A DNA stretch of 63,245 nucleotides, counting the filler, from Saprolegnia diclina VS20 (taxonomy: Eukaryota): assembly GCF_000281045.1 (NCBI RefSeq). It is 9 parts of 5 records of this genome, joined end to end, with 100 filler letters (N's around TTAATTAATTAA, not from the genome) between each part and the next. Parts side by side here need not be neighbours in the genome. Positions count along the whole stretch, not along the records: positions 59,081 to 63,245 come from NW_008246247.1; 8 more parts are not named here. One strand, 5' to 3'. Below are positions 59,128-63,245 of this stretch, in pieces (the stretch's first letter is position 1; each line of letters begins with the position of its first letter). The translations under genes were made by a program, and so were the position numbers. Below the pieces are notes generated by a model that saw only the letters and a program-made list of their open reading frames with translations, had not been told where the DNA came from and did not search any database.

Positions 59128-60373
59128 CAGGGGTACATAATAGGGGGTGTATCACGGTGGGCCTATTTTTATACTTGGCTGAAACAGTGTTGCGGGGGGG
59201 AACTGTGAGGAGGGCCTGAGGAAGCATTTTTATAATAATAAACGACTTTTCGAAAAATATAATGACTTTCGACATTTTATGAAGAGCGGCGATCTTCGCG
59301 GCCACGGCCAGTTCCATGGCTCTTGCACACGCAGGAAGCATCGCTGCCTTGCACGGATGGTGCCATTCGACGCGCAATGATCGTCTCTACGGGCTAATGT
59401 ATTACAATATTTTTTATAAGCTGTGGTCTAGGAGTTATTCCAGGAAACGTTGCCTGCTGAACAAGATATTGAGTGAGCATCTTGAGGCATCGAGTTGGCA
59501 AGCCGCCGGGGGCTGCCGGAGGATGGGCTTTCGACAGCAAGTGCATTAGATCAATGAGAGTGTACAGTCGGAAGGGATTTTCTGTTTTGGTCGTCTTAGG
59601 TACCTCACGAGCACCTTCGTGCATGGTCCGAAGTCGGTCAATTATCATATCCGTCTCAATTTTTATTGCCGAATCGACACCGATCGAAGATCGCTCATAC
59701 AAGAAACGGCGGCAAGGCGTGACCCGCGATGAGCAAGCCATCACCACGATGCAGCGCCTGCAATGCAGAGGCGCGCGTGCGTGGACCCCAGGCGCTGCGC
59801 GCGGGTAGCGTGGGTCCAAACGTTCAAGAACATGCACCGCGAAATGAAGCGGCCGAGCGCGACAAGCTCTTGAACGACATGCAGCTCTCGGCGATGCACG
59901 CTCGCATTGGCATCGTGGCTCGCCGGTGGCCGAGAGAGAGCACGGGCCGTAGCAAGGATACAAGCAACGTCATTGCGCTGCATTCGTACCTCGAGGCGAC
60001 GACGGGGGCTGGCGCCAAAGCTGCAGGTGGCAAGAAGCGCGCCCGCGACGCCACAGACAAGCCCAAGGAGCCCAAGCCGAAGCGCGTCAAGAAGCCCGAC
60101 GTTCGACGCAAGCTAGATTTGCCTGTAGCAGCGTAGCACGTTCTACCCATTGACGTTATCTATCCCAATCTATCCTGCATGCTTCTACTCTGATGCACTG
60201 CCAATGCATGTCATACACTATTCTATTTTATCGTAAACCAGTGAAATAGAGTTAGGTTTGACCAGCGAAATTTCCTCGTCCACTCCGAGCCAAATCGGGC
60301 AGTTTCCCCCCGCGACCATAATAAAAATATCTTGAAGTTTGTAGGGTGATACACCCCCTATTATGTACCCCTG
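59128..60373. mobile_element. Non-autonomous hAT-like DNA transposon (1246 bp)
   Basis: Perfect 28-bp TIRs caggggtacataatagggggtgtatcac (59128-59155 / 60346-60373) and an exact 8-bp TSD agcctgtg (59120-59127 / 60374-60381). Confidence 0.92.
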
Positions 60374-60458
60374 AGCCTGTGCAAGGTCTATTGTTTTTGA
60401 TAGGCCCCCTACCGAGGCGTCTCTACTGAGGGTCCCTCATTTCGCACGGAAAGAAACG

Positions 60459-61775
60459 ATGAACTCGCTCCATGCGCTCGTCTATGACGTCGAGCCACTG
60501 GCCGGCGCCTACGCGACGACGATGGACGAAGATGCGATGCTGGACGACATCATGGCCTTGACGGACAAGGCCTCGCCAGCCTCGGACGAAGCCAGCAGCG
60601 ACCACTCGGCGGAAGCAGAGGTGGCGCCGGCGAAGCGCAAGCGTGTGCGCAAGCGCCAAACCGAAGAGCTCAAGTACCTGCGGGAGAAAATGGACGAGTA
60701 TTCGTCGCAATTGACCGCGCTGCGGCAGCTCAAAGCCGTCGAGTCTCAGAACTCGTCGCCATGGGAGGGTATCTCGCGTCGCCAGGCGCAGGCGCGGTCG
60801 CTCGCCGAGGCCGAGAACGCCAAGCTCAAGCTTGCGGTCGAAGAGCAGCTCAAGGTCACGGAGGCCTTGATGCGCATCGTCACCAAGCGCCCAAAGCTCG
60901 CCGAGGCCGCGTGCATTGACGACTGGAAGGTGCAAAAGCTGTCGTCCAGCCCGCTGCGTCGACGCGATGCGATGCGGGCGCTTGTCGACGCCAAGCTCGA
61001 GGCCATGGAAGGCGTCTTCGTGCGCAAGCAGATCCAAGACGCGTCCAGCGCGCCCATGACCTCGGACGTTGTCTACGATGCGGCGACGGACTCGGTTCGG
61101 CTCGAATGCTCGACCGTGCACGAGCTCGCGGTCGACTACCCCACGGCCGTCGAGACGATGTGGGAAATGCACAACGTCACAGGCACGCGAACGCTCACGG
61201 CATCTCAGTACCGGGTACGTCATGGTGCTTTCTCTGGCATGCTCGAGCCTGACGTGCTCTAGTGCTTGGAGAAGGTCGATGCAACGACGGTCTACTATCG
61301 CCGCAGCTTCACCTTGGGCGCAGCGCCTGTCGAGGGCAACGTTGTTTTTGCCCGGTTCAACGAACACAACCGGACGGTCTTTGTGTCCGAGACCGTCCTC
61401 GACGACGAAGCGCATCCGTACTCGCCCAATGTCTTTGTCTCGAACGAGACGACGTGGTATGACATCCCCTCCTCGTTCTTGCCTGCTGCTAACCTCGGCA
61501 CTAGGCTAATCTTTGAAAAGACCGACGTTGGGGCGCGTGTTCGCTTTTGTGCGAGCGCTATCATGCCGTGCAAGGCATCGCGCGACGCGCCGTCGTCGAC
61601 GTCGCAGCACTACGTGGCATTTGCCGAGCTCATGCTCGACTCGTTCAAGAAAAATTTGCACGACATGCAAACGTATGTGCACGGGCAGGTCGAAGCGCGA
61701 TTGGGGCCGCTCGCGCCAAAGTACTGCCCCGTAAACGCAATCGCAACCAAGCTCAAGTCAGTGTGGCGCTCGTAG
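60459..61775 (+). CDS. Oomycete bZIP-like/M96-type protein with START-like C-terminal region
   Basis: Basic KRKRVRKRQTEELKYLREK followed by coiled coil, WEGISRRQ...AEAENAKLK; introns at ~61215-61262 and ~61456-61504. Confidence 0.7.
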
Positions 61776-62852
61776 TTGCGCGTCTTTCTTTTATAAATGG
61801 GTTTCTATATACAAAGACGGGTATGTCCCCTGGTACTAGGTCATCACACCACCAACACCGACGGGCAAGAGCCATTCTCCAAACTACACACCTCCCTGCA
61901 CGAGCTTCCGCGTACGGGTTGTGAAGGCTACCATTCGCGTTGAGGGGCTGGCGTGACTGTGCGTGGAGCGATCTAAAGCCACTTGGGAGAACCAGAGCCA
62001 CCAGACAAAAGGCTGCACCAAAGGCGAGCACAATGTGAAGGTCTGCAATGTGAGCCGCACAGTTTAGTAGTTGGCCACCGAATGCGCCAATCACGTTACT
62101 TTACAGTTAGTACACCATGTTGGAGATAGCAGCAACGAGAGTTCACATATACGCTGTAGTAGTCAAAAGTACTAGTTCACTTTTGTTTCATTTTATTCCG
62201 TTGCACTTTAGAGCGTTGAAGCGCACGGTACCGCAGCACGACAGTGGTGGAGAAGCAGGGTAACATTGGTTCTGTCGAGGACGATGGCAAGCCCAGAGAC
62301 GCGTCACGAGGTCATCGCATCGACGGTTGCCTTCCATGTGAGCCTGAGATGGATGGAGAGGCTAAGATAGAGCGGTCGTCTCGTCTGACGGCTTGGCATG
62401 TGCGTGATCGTCCATCATCGTGTGGACAAGTGGTGGGCCCGTGATCGAGTGCGCAGGGCGTTCTGGACGTGCCATCGTGCTCGGCAGGAGCAATGCTACC
62501 TTGCTTGCCACCACTGCGGTGCTGCGGTACCGCACGCTGCACTTGCGAGCTCTGACGCGCAATGGAATATGAAGTTGGTCAACAGCCTTTTCTGGCCACC
62601 CATAAGAAACATATGTCTTATGCAGCATTATTGGTGTCACTTGAATTTTCACTTTGACTGTGGACCCCAGCATGTGGCAACGTTTCAGTGACATGGGGTT
62701 GCGTTCGTTTAGACGAGTGACAAGACTGACTGAAAACCTCTGTGATTCAATTCAATACTAAATGTGACAGGTTTTACGAGGTGCTTCTTTAGAAAGACGC
62801 ACCCCTTCTGGTTTGGCGCACCTTCGCCTCCAGTTTCAATTCGAGAGCGGCC

Positions 62853-63245
62853 ATGGACATGCATGATGATGAGATGCTGGCGCTCGACGACGTGGCGTGG
62901 GACCTGGCCCTAGACCTGCCGCCTGCGCGGCCCAAGCGCCCGCGCAAGACGTACGCGGAAGAGATCACCGAGCTGCGGGCCAAGGCTGCCCAGTACTCGG
63001 AGCAGCTGGCCGCACTGACGCAGCGCCAAGAGGTCGACATCATCTGTGCAACGCCATGGGAGGGCATCTCGCGGCGACAGGCCATCGAGCGCAGCGTGGC
63101 CGAGAAGGACAATGCGCGCCTGAAGAACGCTCTCCAGGAGCAGCTTACGACGATCCAAACGCTTTTGCGCATCGTACAGAAGCGGCCAAAGCTCATGGAC
63201 GTCTCATACGTTGAAGACTGGAAGCTGCAGCGCTTGCCGGCGGAC
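62853..63245 (+). CDS. Paralog of 60459-61775, truncated by the window end
   Basis: MDMHDDEM...KRPRKTYAEEITELR...PWEGISRRQA...EKDNARLK...IVQKRPKL...DWKLQRL. Confidence 0.7.
   Translation, partial: MDMHDDEMLALDDVAWDLALDLPPARPKRPRKTYAEEITELRAKAAQYSEQLAALTQRQEVDIICATPWEGISRRQAIERSVAEKDNARLKNALQEQLTTIQTLLRIVQKRPKLMDVSYVEDWKLQRLPAD

Noticed and set aside
61830..62700. Hydrophobic minus-strand fragment between the bZIP-like paralogs
   Set aside because: Short and disrupted; not enough evidence to call a gene.

Overview
Eukaryotic, GC-rich draft scaffold with short (~40-50 nt) GT-AG introns and N-gaps, several carrying a TTAATTAATTAA spacer. Gene families point to an oomycete, most likely Saprolegnia/Saprolegniales (inference). 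Compact housekeeping blocks encode an SLC35B-type nucleotide-sugar transporter, YEATS/Yaf9, an FHA protein, eIF4B, LRRC46-like, a CLC-6/7-type transporter, Nup35, TatD, CCDC81-like, a heme-thiolate peroxidase, BAP31, an L-type lectin, INCENP-like and two ABCC transporters. These alternate with decayed accessory regions. Three mobile structures stand out. (1) 54121-54778 is a non-coding insertion with 17-bp inverted ends and two outward-facing tRNA-like heads. Its centre is a 34-nt copy of its own insertion site (16+2+16 nt), and the empty site is visible in a sister repeat at 44978-45011. It is either two head-to-head SINEs with adjacent 16-bp TSDs or one element carrying its target as a guide-like loop. 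(2) 28833-30813 is a pogo/Tc1-mariner element with perfect 24-bp TIRs and a TA TSD. It encodes an OTU-like protease domain ahead of a D-(38)-D transposase core and carries a tRNA-like Pol III cassette. (3) 59128-60373 is a hAT-like element with 28-bp TIRs and an 8-bp TSD. Exon boundaries were read by eye and product calls rest on recalled motifs, not database searches.
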